Below, piece by piece: positions 25,406-36,817 of a DNA stretch of 64,000 nt (the stretch's first letter is position 1; each line of letters opens with the position of its first letter). The notes under the pieces were generated by a model. That model was not told the origin of the DNA, searched no databases, and saw only the letters and a list, made by a program, of their open reading frames with translations. Source of the DNA: Octopus vulgaris (taxonomy: Eukaryota); assembly GCA_951406725.2 (NCBI GenBank), contig OX597829.1:25916001-25980000 (forward strand). The letters run 5' to 3'. Made by a program: the position numbers and the translations under genes.

Positions 25406-26510
25406 CCTTCCGCAAAAAATTCCAAATTCTATTTAATTTGCTTTGCGGGAAGGGCTGTTTCAATGAAGTTGCGTCTTGTCCTTGCCTTTGAAATATGGAG
25501 TAGTTGAAACAGGGACAACCGAAGAAGGGGAATATTCTTTATGTTGTATATCTCGTTTCTCTGTTTGTATTTTTCGTTGTTCGAAAAAAAGTTTGTTTCT
25601 ATGTTTTTGTTTTTATGTTTTTGTTTCTCATTGTGTTCAACATTACATATATGCATGTATATATATACATGTATATGTATGTATGTACATATATGTATGT
25701 ATATATGCATATATTTATATATCATTGATATTATTATATGATCAAATGCCACACATCATTTTTGAAGTAAGTTTTAACTTAATAATTATAATGCGCACTC
25801 TTCTACCTTTACTATCTCTTCTCTGTCTATCTCTCTCCCTCTCTTGTTCTTCATCCATTTTGATTTTCTATCCCACCCTTCCCTATTCTTCTCTTCTCCT
25901 CTTCACCGTTCTGTCTCTCTCACTCCTCCTCCTCGACTCTCTCGTCGCTGACACATGACGAAAGATAATCTGTTTTTCTGCCCTCAACCTTAATAAAGAA
26001 AAAGCTTGCTTATACTGTCTCCTTCATAAGCTTGTCTTCCTAGCGCTCATGAAAATTTTTCTATCGTCTTCACTTAACAACCCTCACCGTTTGTTTTTAC
26101 TGTTTTGTTCTCACTGTCCTGTTTCCACTGTCCTGTTCTTTTTACTATTTTTTTCTTACTGTCCTGTTCTTGTTACCACTTTCACCCTCTGCAAAAATCC
26201 CAAATTTCATTTAATTTGCTTTGCGGGAAGGACTGTTTCAATGAAGTCACATCTTGTCCTTGCCTTCGAATTTGTGGAGTTGATGAAACAGGGACAACTG
26301 AAGAAGGAGGAATATTCTTTATGTTGTATGTCTTGTTTCTCTGTTTGTTTCGTTGTTTGAAAAAGTTCGTTTCTATGTTTTTGTTTTTATGTTTTCATTT
26401 CTCATTGTGTTCAACATTTTTTTGACGCCTCTACCCACATATGCATGTATATATACATATATATGTAGGTATGCACATATATGTATGTATATATGCATAT
26501 ATTTATGTAT
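25400..26510. repeat. Two ~320 bp direct repeats (25400-25720, 26180-26510) around a pyrimidine-rich spacer
   Basis: Both read tttaatttgctttgcgggaagg.ctgtttcaatgaagt...gaaacagggacaac.gaagaagg.gaatattctttatgttgtat. Confidence 0.85.
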
Positions 26511-26524
26511 TATTTCATGATAGA

Positions 26525-26712
26525 TCGATAGCCACCACACACATTTTTTTTCTCTCCTTGTTTCTCGCCTTGATTTTTTTTTCTGTATCCCTTTCTGTAG
26601 AAGAGCGTAGGCTCAAAACGTAAAAGACTTTTTCAATTCCGAACATTATACTAATACATTTGTTTGTTTTGTACACCACCTGTCTTTGGCTTTTGTTTTT
26701 TTCGTGAACTCT

Positions 26713-26716
<4 letters not shown>
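26525..26716 (+). mobile_element. Penelope-type pseudo-LTR fragment with a degenerate minimal hammerhead motif
   Basis: cttt-CTGTAGAA-GAGCgtagGCTC-AAAAC-GTA-aaag; homologous copy at 46035-46218. Confidence 0.55.
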
Positions 26717-26765
<49 letters not shown>

Positions 26766-26788
26766 CTGAGATCGTGTGCTGAAACGAA

Positions 26789-26832
<44 letters not shown>

Positions 26833-26877
26833 CACGGACTTTGTAAACAGGTCTTTTAGCGACAATATTTTGACAAA

Positions 26878-27375
26878 TTAAACTAGTTGTGTGAGTGTCT
26901 GTCCCCTTCGATTTAGATTCTAACTACTCCCACATTTTTCGGTGCAGTTTAACCAAATTCGGGTATCTTATAGTCGTGATTCATATCGAGCCTGTCTGAG
27001 TATTAGCACGCGTCTACGATGAGTCTACGATTTTAAAAATAATTTAACATCATTTTTTATTCCATTTTAATGCACAATTTTTCGTGTGTCGATGGCGGCG
27101 GAGTTGGCGTCCAGGGTCACACCTGCACCTGTTTGCTTCTCCCCCTCCTCCCTCCCTCGTGAAGCTGTGGGGAAGGGAGTGTAAGGAAATCAACGTCGTA
27201 AAGCGTTGTCAAGGAGACCAGCGTTCTTTTAGAACAACGACTTCATGGCTTGAAAACACCAAAACAGAAATGGCTAAGAAAGCTCGAATTGGCATCTATA
27301 AGGGAAGTAACTCTCTAAAATGCTTATATAGTTATTTCCCTTACAAACCCGAGCAACGCCGGGCGATACTGCTAG
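26878..27375 (+). mobile_element. Non-autonomous Helitron (family 1), third copy
   Basis: Near-identical to 195-693; ends hairpin + CTAG|T. Confidence 0.8.
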
Positions 27376-27587
27376 TGTATATATATATATATGTATACAT
27401 ATGCTTTCGGTGTGAATGGCTTTATTATATGATGCCGTATTTTGCAATCCTGTAAATAATAATAATGGTATTTTTATATAAGCTTAAAGCTTATGCCATT
27501 CACTGTGCAATGACTAAGGAAAATAGTCTAACACGACATAGAAGCCCTCGACAGGAAAAAGAAGGTTTTCTCATATATATATATATA

Positions 27588-27636
<49 letters not shown>

Positions 27637-27639
<3 letters not shown>

Positions 27640-28410
27640 AAGCATGACCTCAGAGCGTTGGGCTTCACTGAGGCAATGGCGAAGGACCAAGATCTCTGGA
27701 GATATGCTGTGACTGCAAAGACCCGGGCTGCTTCCTGCACCAGCTCCGCATAGCCCCTGCCCATTCAAAGTACCCTGGATTCAAGAACGTCCCGCTGTGC
27801 TTGAGGAGACCTGTTGAGTCAAGTACATGAACATGAACATGAACATCATGAACATCGAAATAAATATCAATGGAAATAGTAGTTGTGATGCCTGTGCCGG
27901 TGGCACATAAAAAGCACCATCCGAACGTGGCTGTTGCCAGCGCCGCCTCGACTGGCTTCTGTGCCGGTGGCACATAAAAAGCACCATCCGAATGTGGCCG
28001 ATGCCAGTGCTGCCCCGACTGGCTTCTGTGCCGGTGGCACATAAAAAGCACCGTCCGAACGTGGCCGATGCCAGCGCTGCCTCGACTGGCTCCAGTACCA
28101 GTGGCACATAAAAAGCACCATCCAAACGTGGCCGTTGCCAGCGCCGCCTTGGCTGGCTTCCGTGCCGGTGGCATGTTAAAAGCTCCAACCAATCGTGGCC
28201 GATGCCGGACCCCCCCTGGCACCTGTACAGGTGGCACATAAAAAGCACCCACTACACTCGCGGAGTGGTTGGTGTTAGGAAGGGCATCCAGCTGTAGAAA
28301 CTCTGCCAGATCAGACTGGAGCTTGGTGCAGCCCCTGGCTTCCCAGACCTCGGTCGAACCGTCCAACCCGTGCTAGCGCGGAAAACGGACATTAAACGAT
28401 GATGATGATG
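27637..28410 (+). mobile_element. RTE 3' end with ~58 bp UTR tandem repeats and (GAT)n tail
   Basis: KHDLRALGFTEAMAKDQDLWRYAV; repeats GTGCCGGTGGCACATAAAAAGCACC; GGAAGGGCATCC terminal domain. Confidence 0.9.
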
Positions 28411-29285
28411 TTTATGTGTGTTTATGGCTGGAGATTTTAATGGGCATGTTGGAAAGCAATCTGGTAACTTCCACGGTGTACATGGCGGCCATAGAATTGG
28501 TACTAGAAATGAAGAGGGAACTAGGCTCCTGGAGTTCTGCAATGCAACTGTGTGAGGAAGTGCCACACCCTAATTGTGGAAGGAACCTGTAGAAGAAGTA
28601 GACCCAGGAAGACTTGGGATGAGGTGGTAATGCATGACCTTCGAACGTTGGGCCTCACAGAGGTAATTACAGGAGACTGAGACCTTTGGAGATATGCTGT
28701 GATTGAGAAGATCCAGCAACTAAAGTGAGATTGCAGCCATGGCTGATGCCAGTGTTGCATGTCCGGCCCATTTAAGAGTACCCCCAATGCATTGGGTTAT
28801 ATGATATGCTTGAGAAGACCTGTCGGGTCAAGTAAAACCAAAATCACAGCTGTGCCAGTGCCCCATGACTAGCTCCTGTGCCAGTTACATGTAAAATGCA
28901 CCATCCGAACATGGTTGATGCCAGTGCCCCCTGACTGGCTCCCATGCCAGTGGCACATAAAAAGCACCATCCAAACGTGGTCAATGCCAGGTCTGCCTGA
29001 CTGGCTCCCATGCCAGTGGCACATAAAAGCACGATCTGAACGTGGTCAATGCCAGTGACTCCTGACTGGCTCCTGTGCCAGTGGCATGTAAAAAGCACCA
29101 TCCAAACATGGTTGATGCCAGGTCTGCCTGACTGGCTCCCGTGCCGGTGGTATGTAAAAAGGATTATACGAAAGTGATCGATGCCATGCCTACCTGACTG
29201 GCTTCTGTGCCAGTGACATGTAAAAGGCACCTACCACACTCTTGGAGTGGTTGGTTTTACGAAGGGCATCCAACTGTAGAACAAT
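28411..29285 (+). mobile_element. Internally deleted RTE (endonuclease fragment fused to 3' end)
   Basis: AGDFNGHVG...NEEGTRLLEFCNA joined at about 28547 to CVRKCHTLIVEGTCRRSRPRKTWDEVV. Confidence 0.8.
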
Positions 29286-29644
29286 TGAGGGTTAACAACA
29301 GGAAGGGCATCAGAATACAGAAAATCTGCTTCCACAGATTCTGTCTGACCTGTGCAAGCAGAGAGAAGTGAACATTAAAGCAATAATGAAGAGGAGAGCA
29401 TTCATAGAGATGCAACTGTTATCTTTTGCTCAAGTGATCTCTATTGTTCTTCTCTTCATTATTGTTGTAATTACATAGGCCACATTAACAACAAAAGCAT
29501 GAAAATAAATTAACTATTTCATTACCCATCCTGAAGTTCATCCTATCTCTTGTAGGACAGTTTCTTCTAAAATTTCCTTCGAAAGGATTTGAAGATATCT
29601 TTAGAAAAAGATATGCTACTTTTCTATTTGATTGGCAACACAGA

Positions 29645-30745
29645 ACTGTGATGTAGTGTGGGTAATGGCACAGTTGTGTAGTGTGAATACAGAAAGAATA
29701 GTGTATTGTAGTGTGGGTAGCAAAAAAGTGGTGGGGTAGTGAGGATAGTGGAACAATGTTGTGAAACAGTGGTCATGCAGTGTTGGTTGTGAATCAGTGG
29801 TGGTGTAAGTAGGGTGGTGAAACAATGGGATATTGTAGGTATCGATACAGGCTGTAATATGGATAGTGAAGCAGTGCTGATGCAGTGTTAGTAATGAAAA
29901 TGTGGTTTGTGTAGTGTCGGTAGTGAAACAGTGGTGGTGTATTTTTGCTAATGAAACAGTAGTGGTGTACTGTGGGTATTGAAACAATGCTGCTGTAGTG
30001 TAGGTAGTGAAACAGTGCTGCAGTAGGGTAGTAATAAATGCAGGTGTAATGTGTGTAGTACTGGTGGTGTGGTTTGGGTTGTGAAACTGTGGTATTGTGG
30101 GTATTGGTCTATTTGTGTACTGTATCTACACAGACCATGTTGGTGTAATGTAGGTAGCAGAACATTCGTTATTGCAGGTATTGAATCAGTTGTGTAGTGT
30201 AGGTAGTGAAACAGTGCCAATGTTATGTGGGTAATGAAACAGTGTTGGTGCAACATGGGGAGTAAAACAGTGGTAGTGTATTGGTGGTAGTGAAACAAGG
30301 GAGTTGTAGTGTGGGTACTGAAACAATGGTGTAGTGTCGCTAGTTAGACAGGAGTATAGTTTGGGAAGTGAAGCAGTGGTGTAATGTGGGTGGTAAATCA
30401 ATGGTGGTCTAGTGTGGGTAGTGAAAACAGTGGTTGTGTAGTGTGGGTAATGAAACATGATGGTGTAGTGGGAATAGCGAAAAAGTGGTTTTGTAGAGTG
30501 GTTAGTGAAACAGTGGTGCTGTAGTGTGAAGTGGTGGTGCAGTGTATGTAGGGAAACAATGGAGTGTGGGTACTGAAACAGTGATGTAGTGTCACTAGTG
30601 AAACAGGCATATAGTTAGGAAAGTGAAGGAGTGGAATAATGTGGGTGGTAAACCAATGGTAGTCCAGTGCAGGTAGTTAAACAGTGGTGGTGTAGTGTGA
30701 GTACTTAAACAATGATGATGTAGAAAAGGGTAGTGAAACAGTGGT
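29645..30745. repeat. Degenerate GT-rich minisatellite, ~25-28 bp unit (GTAGTGTGGGTAGTGAAACAGTGGT)
   Basis: Recurrent TGAAACAGTGG and GTAGTGTGGGT. Confidence 0.9.
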
Positions 30746-30898
30746 CTCTTGTGGGTAGTGAATTTATTTCCAAATAAAGTAATATTACCGTATGGCCTGG
30801 CATGTTTTCATGAAAGACTGGAAATGAAGGATACAACTTGCATGATGGTGTCACTCATTAGCAACTATCATGTGATGTCAAGGCAAGACAACAACAAT

Positions 30899-30951
<53 letters not shown>

Positions 30952-32038
30952 CACATGAACACATTCACAACAGGCTTCTTTCAGTTTTTGTTTACCAGAT
31001 CCATTCACAAAGGTTTGGCCAGTCCAAGACTATAGTAGAAGACACACACCCAAGGTGCCATGCAGTGGGACTGAACCTGAAACCATGCTGTTAGGAAGTA
31101 AACTTCTCATTACACACTGAAACATGCATCTCTTTCCTTAATCTAAATATAAATTTGTAAACCATTACCACTCTTCTTTAGCAATAGTGAAATTTTGCTT
31201 TAGAAAGTATGCAAGGGTGTTATTATTAATAGAATATTATTAAAATATTTGAATGATTTTTCTTTTCTCCATTTGAATTTCTTAATCTTTCTTTCACCTA
31301 ACAGATTCTTTTGGCTTTGATTCTTGTGATGTTCAGAATTCTCTTCTAATTTAGTTGGTTTGGCAGATGGGTACTGAACTTGGTAAAATTCATTGATTTG
31401 GTGTCATGGTGTAGCATTTTTATCTATGCATAGTCACACATAACCACCACATACAAACTTATTTGATAGATTCTCATATGCACATACAAATACCGCAATG
31501 TTTGATAGATACACTATTTTTGTCAGTTTTAATATATTTAACTATTCTCAGTTCATAAATGTGGCTTTCCATCTGAACTTTGCTTGCCTTATTGATCAAA
31601 TGTATTGTTAGAGTCTCTTATTAGATTGGCTTTGTTGAACTTTTCAGGTGACTTGCTATCAATTATGGGAAAACTTCAATTTAATGTGTGAATCAAAAGG
31701 TCAGATAGCTTTAATATCTTCTGCACCTCAAGGAAGAAAATGATGATGATGTATGTAAGTATGTAGGATGCATGTATGTAAGTATGTATGTATATATGTG
31801 TGTATGCATGTATGTATGTATGTATGTATGTATGTATGTATGTATGTATGTATATACGTATGTATGTATGTATGTATGTATGTATGTATGTATGTATGTA
31901 TGTATGTATAAGTATATGTATATACACATGTACACGCATTTATATATATATATATATATTCATATATTTACACATACATACATACATATATATGTATATA
32001 TGTATGTGTGTGTATATATATATATAGATCTATCTCTT

Positions 32039-32104
<66 letters not shown>

Positions 32105-32109
32105 TATAT

Positions 32110-32675
32110 ATTAGTGTTGCCTAATTCAGACAGAAGGCTAACAACTTTATTAAAAGACTGAGGTGGCAGCCTATTACTTTGATAAACAAGAAGAATACTC
32201 TAGAAACAGCTTCGAATTTGGTTTTAAATCAAATAACTGGCCACCAATAAATAGGCTTTCACAACCCTTTGAGGCCAACCTTTCACAACCCGTAAGAAAT
32301 ATCAAATTCAGAAAATGCAACAGTCCTTTCTACCCAGAACTGAACGACATGAATGAATAAAGCAATAAATAAAAACAAAATACATAGCTCGTGGGACATT
32401 CATGTGCACTCTGTTTAAACTAAGAATCTATAGCAAATGGTCATGTTTTGAAATCCATTACCAGCACTTATCAGAAAACATTTTGGAATACTTTCAACCA
32501 GATACACCCAGATGGCTAGAAAACTGCTTCCAAATTAAACATAGAGAGAGTGAAGTCATAAAGAGTGAAATCTCTTAAACCTGTTAGCAGCTATATATTT
32601 TTTATTGAAAGACCATGGAATTAATTTTCATAATAATATTTCTATTGGACTTGTTAACTTGTATCAAAATTTGAT
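32110..32675 (+). mobile_element. Decayed Penelope-like RT N-terminal region
   Basis: FGFKSNNWPP...PFEANL...NIKFRK and LKDHGINFHNNISIGLVN resemble the PLE motifs YGFKS..PP..PFE.DL..NI.FR and LKDHK.NF.N.P.CRLINP. Confidence 0.6.
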
Positions 32676-32877
32676 ACAGATATTCTCTTTTACTTGTTTC
32701 AGTCATTTGACTGTGGCCATGCTGGAGCACTGCCTTTAGTCGAGCAAATTGATCCCAGGACTTATTCTTTGTAAGCCTAGTACTTATTCTATTGGTCTCT
32801 TTTGCTGAACTGCTAAGTTACGGGGACGTAAACACACCAGCATAGGTTGTCAAGCGATGTTGGGGGAACAAACACAT

Positions 32878-32952
<75 letters not shown>

Positions 32953-32954
<2 letters not shown>

Positions 32955-33918
32955 ACTTATAAATAAGGGCTAAAGAAAATGATTTCTATGCCAATATGCT
33001 GATAACAGACTTTTAAATCGTCAATTTCCACATATTATTTACTCACTACAGAAAACACGTAGAGCTGAAAACAAGGAAATAGAATTTTTTTTTAAAATTC
33101 GTTAATTCTATATTGAATCAATTTCGGAATTAATCTCATAATAGATTTTTTCCTCTTCAGTAGAAAATACAAAAAGACATAAATAAGATACTTACATGCA
33201 CCCATGGAAAAAAGCCAAAGCAAAAATCATGAGTACATATAAGTACCCCAGATATATCTAAAAATAAAATCCTTTGGTCAGCCTCAGCACACGTGTGAAC
33301 TGTTCTCCACTACAGCTTATAGTGGTTACCAGTCCCTATAGCGAATAGTAATAAGTTTACTACTAATATAGGATGAAGTTTTTTTACAGAAAAAAATTCC
33401 ATCAAAAAATGTGGCAGCATATTAAAATACCTTTAAGGTTAAAATTATAAACATCTTATAAATAAGGGCTAAAGAAAATGATTTCTATGCCAAAATGCTG
33501 ATAACAGACTTTTCAATCGTCAATTTCCACATATTATTTACTCGCTACAGAAAACACGTAGAGCTGAAAACGAGGAAAGCCAGCCAATAGAATTTCTTTT
33601 CATATTTTCTACTGAAGAGGAAAAAATCTATTATGAGATTAATTCCAAAATTGATTTAATATAGGAATAACGAGCTTTTTAAAAAAATTCTATTGGCTGG
33701 CTTTCCTCATTTTCAGCTCTACGTGTTTTCTGTAATGAGTAAATAATATGTGGAAATTGATGATTTAAAAGTCTGTTATCAGCATATTGGCATAGAAATC
33801 ATTTTCTTTAGCCCTTATTTATAAGTTGTTTATAATTTTAACCTTAAAGGTATTTTAATATGCTGCCACATTTTTTGATGGAATTTTTTCTTTAAAAAAA
33901 CTTCATCCTTATTTGTAG

Positions 33919-33920
<2 letters not shown>
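32953..33920. mobile_element. Foldback/MITE with ~235 bp inverted arms (33361-33596 vs 33685-33920) plus a third direct arm copy (32953-33180)
   Basis: tactaatataggatgaag... / ...cttcatccttatttgtagta; arms colinear throughout. Confidence 0.85.
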
Positions 33921-33984
<64 letters not shown>

Positions 33985-33991
<7 letters not shown>

Positions 33992-35110
33992 GGTAGTTTG
34001 TCTGTCTGTGCGTCTGTGTGTCTGTCAAGTTGTACCCTCACCCTGACCACGGCTTTCAACCGATTCTGATGAAACTTGACACACACATATCCCAATGTCA
34101 TAATTCAAAACTAACGTAGCGAAAATTTTGAAAAGTTCCCCGAGTTCTGAAAAAATCGATAAATTCGACATGGGGTCGAGAATCTTAGCTTTTTATATGC
34201 AACGCATTTTCTGTTGTAGTTTTCACAACTTGCAATCGATTTTCACCAAACTCATGGTGAAGCTTAATGTTACCCTAAGAAACTTAATTCTGACGTTAGT
34301 TTTCCATGCAATACCTTACCATCAGAAAAAATCAATAAAATCATGCCATTTTAGGAAATCGCGTTCAAATTCAAGATGACATATTTTCGACAATATCTTT
34401 CATAAATCGGCAGGAATTTTTTAAAAATTCACAGCGAGCATCATGTCTGCTCCAAGGAGCTATATGGCCCTTTTTATTCCAATAGGATACTTTATTACTG
34501 GAAAAAATCGGTTAATTAAATCATATGTGGCACACATAGCAAACCGATTTGTGTATTAAACACAAACCACAGACTGTCTAGGAGACGCAACTCGACCTTT
34601 TTAACTCTCGGAACACGTGGAGTAAGTATCCCAAAATGTATAAAAATATACAAAAACGGCAAAAAAGCAGGCAGCAATGTGAGTGACAACAACGAAAAAG
34701 TGACCAAACTAAACAAACGAATAGAAAAGGTTTTTTGGTGCACACGACAAAAGCGGTTTATAATAAACCAAGAGTTTGCAAGTAGCATCTGAGGACCCTT
34801 AGGGTATGTCAAAAATTTAAGGTAAAACGTTTGGGGTGGTAGTTATAAAGAAAGTTTAAACAAAAAAAGTATCCGAATAACTTGCGGCTGCAGCAGCTAT
34901 TAGCAGAAAGTCTTGAATGTAATTTCTTCCTGGTAGGAATTGGTTGGGTTGAATTATCGATAGCTGTTTGATAGTTATTTGGGAGTGAAGAGAAGACATT
35001 GCAACCTACACATGCGCCTTCGTTCCCTAGAGGGAAAGGACTAGATTGGGATTAGTTGTTGCCTACTAGGGGCTCTTACATACCTGGGCAACGCTGGGCT
35101 ATGCTGCTAG
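33985..35110 (+). mobile_element. Non-autonomous Helitron (family 2) inserted in (TA)n
   Basis: 5' tataaa..gtttgtctgtctgt and AACCGATTCTGATGAAACTTG motif; 3' CCTGGGCAACGCTGGG-ctatgctg-CTAG|T. Confidence 0.7.
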
Positions 35111-35599
35111 TATATATATATATATACACACATATATATGACGGGCTTCTTTCAGTTTCTGTCTACCAAATCCACTTACAAGGCTTTGGTCACCTAAGGC
35201 TATAGTAGAAGACACTTGCCCAAGGTTCCATGCAGTGGGACTGAACCTGGAACTATGTGGTTTGTAAATAAGCTACTTACCACACACCCACTCCTACATC
35301 TATATTAGTGAACATACTTTTGAGATGATCCTACATTAGATTAAGGATGTTTCTCCTTTATTCTGTGGAATAACAAACAAACAGTTCTATATTTAAGAGA
35401 TGAGGAATTATGTACATTATTTACATTATTTTCAGTTGACGGATATTTGTCCTCATATTGTTTGTTGTTAACACTAGATCTTGTTGGATTCTCTTTCTAT
35501 CACCATCTCTGGTTATTTTCCTAAGTAATGAAGATAACCTCTCTTTGATTTCGTTATTCAATTGATGTTTTTTCCTACAATTGTAATGGATCCTCTCAC

Positions 35600-36085
35600 A
35601 GACATTGTGTTTATTGACTATCTTCAAGAGGGCCACATCATCAATGGTGGGTACTATGCCAACTTGCTGAGGGGAGTTATGAAAGCCTATCGAGACCAAA
35701 TGCTCAGGAAAACTGATTGAAGGGTCTTGTTTTATCAAGACAATGCTCCAGCACACAAATTTCTGGTTTCAATGGCTGTTGTGCATGACTGTGCCTTTGA
35801 GATAGTTGATCTCCCTATCTGTTCTCTTGATTTGGTCCTAGTTGACTATCATTTGTTCTCCAACATGAAAAAACGCTTGGCTGGGAACCAGTATTGTAAT
35901 GCAGTGATGATAATGTCATATCTGCTAATGATGACCTTTTCGATCAACACATGAATGGGATCCAAATACTACAACACCAATGGAAGAAGTATGTGTACTG
36001 CAAGGGGAACTATGTTGAAAAATAAACCTCATTTGGTCACACTTGATGAGAATGTCTTGGTCAGCCTATTAGCTTTTTAGCTGGT
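35600..36085 (+). mobile_element. Mariner transposase 3' remnant (irritans/Himar1-like)
   Basis: IDYLQEGHIINGGYYANLL, FYQDNAPAHK and CSLDLVLVDYHLF (decayed YSPDLAPSD). Confidence 0.8.
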
Positions 36086-36387
36086 ATGTATATGACCAGA
36101 TGCCCTTCCTGTTATCAATCTTCACCTGTTTCCAAGCAAGGTAATATTTTCCCCCATGACCACATGTCTTGGTAGATTGGAAATGAAAGACTGCTATCAT
36201 GACAGTGACACTAGCTTACAACTACTGCACAATATCAGGGAAAGGACACATTACCATATACATACAAACATGTACACACACACAAATACATACATGCATG
36301 CATGTATGTATACTTATATACATACATACATACATACATACATACATACATACATACATACATACATACATACATACTCTTATATTC

Positions 36388-36791
36388 TTTTACTCTTTTA
36401 CTTGTTTCAGTCATTTGACTGCAGCCATGCTGGAGCACTGTCTTTAGTCAAGCAAATCGACCCCAGGACTTATTCTTTGTAAGCCTAGTACTTATTCTAT
36501 CGGTCTCTTTTGCCGAACCGCTAAGTTACGGGGACGTAAACACACCAGCATCAGTTGTCAAGTGATGTTGGGGGGACAAACACAGACACACAAACATACA
36601 CACACATACATACATATATATATATATACAACGGGCTTCTTTCAGTTTCTGTCTACCAAATTCACTCACAAGGCTTTGGTCAGCCTGAGGCTATAGCAGA
36701 AGACACTTGCCCAAGGTGCCATGTAGTGGGACCAAACCCAGAACCATGTGGTTGGTAAGCAAGCTACTTACCACACAGCCACTCCTACGCC
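36388..36791 (-). mobile_element. Full-length SINE family A
   Basis: Head GGCGTAGGAGTGGCTGTGTGGTAAG..GGTTTGGTCCC, CORE-like CACCTTGGGCAAGTGTC, tail CAGCATGGCTGCAGTCAAATGACTGAAAC. Further copies or parts at 30970-31118, 32685-32875, 35135-35297, 44005-44133, 46490-46866, 56125-56603, 58450-58812, 62945-63341 and 63668-63817. Confidence 0.85.
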
Positions 36792-36817
36792 TACATACAT
36801 ACATGCATGCTTATATA

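Noticed and set aside
29645-30745. CRISPR-like array (recurrent GAAAC)
   Set aside because: Units are wholly degenerate tandem copies without unique spacers; eukaryotic context; no cas genes.
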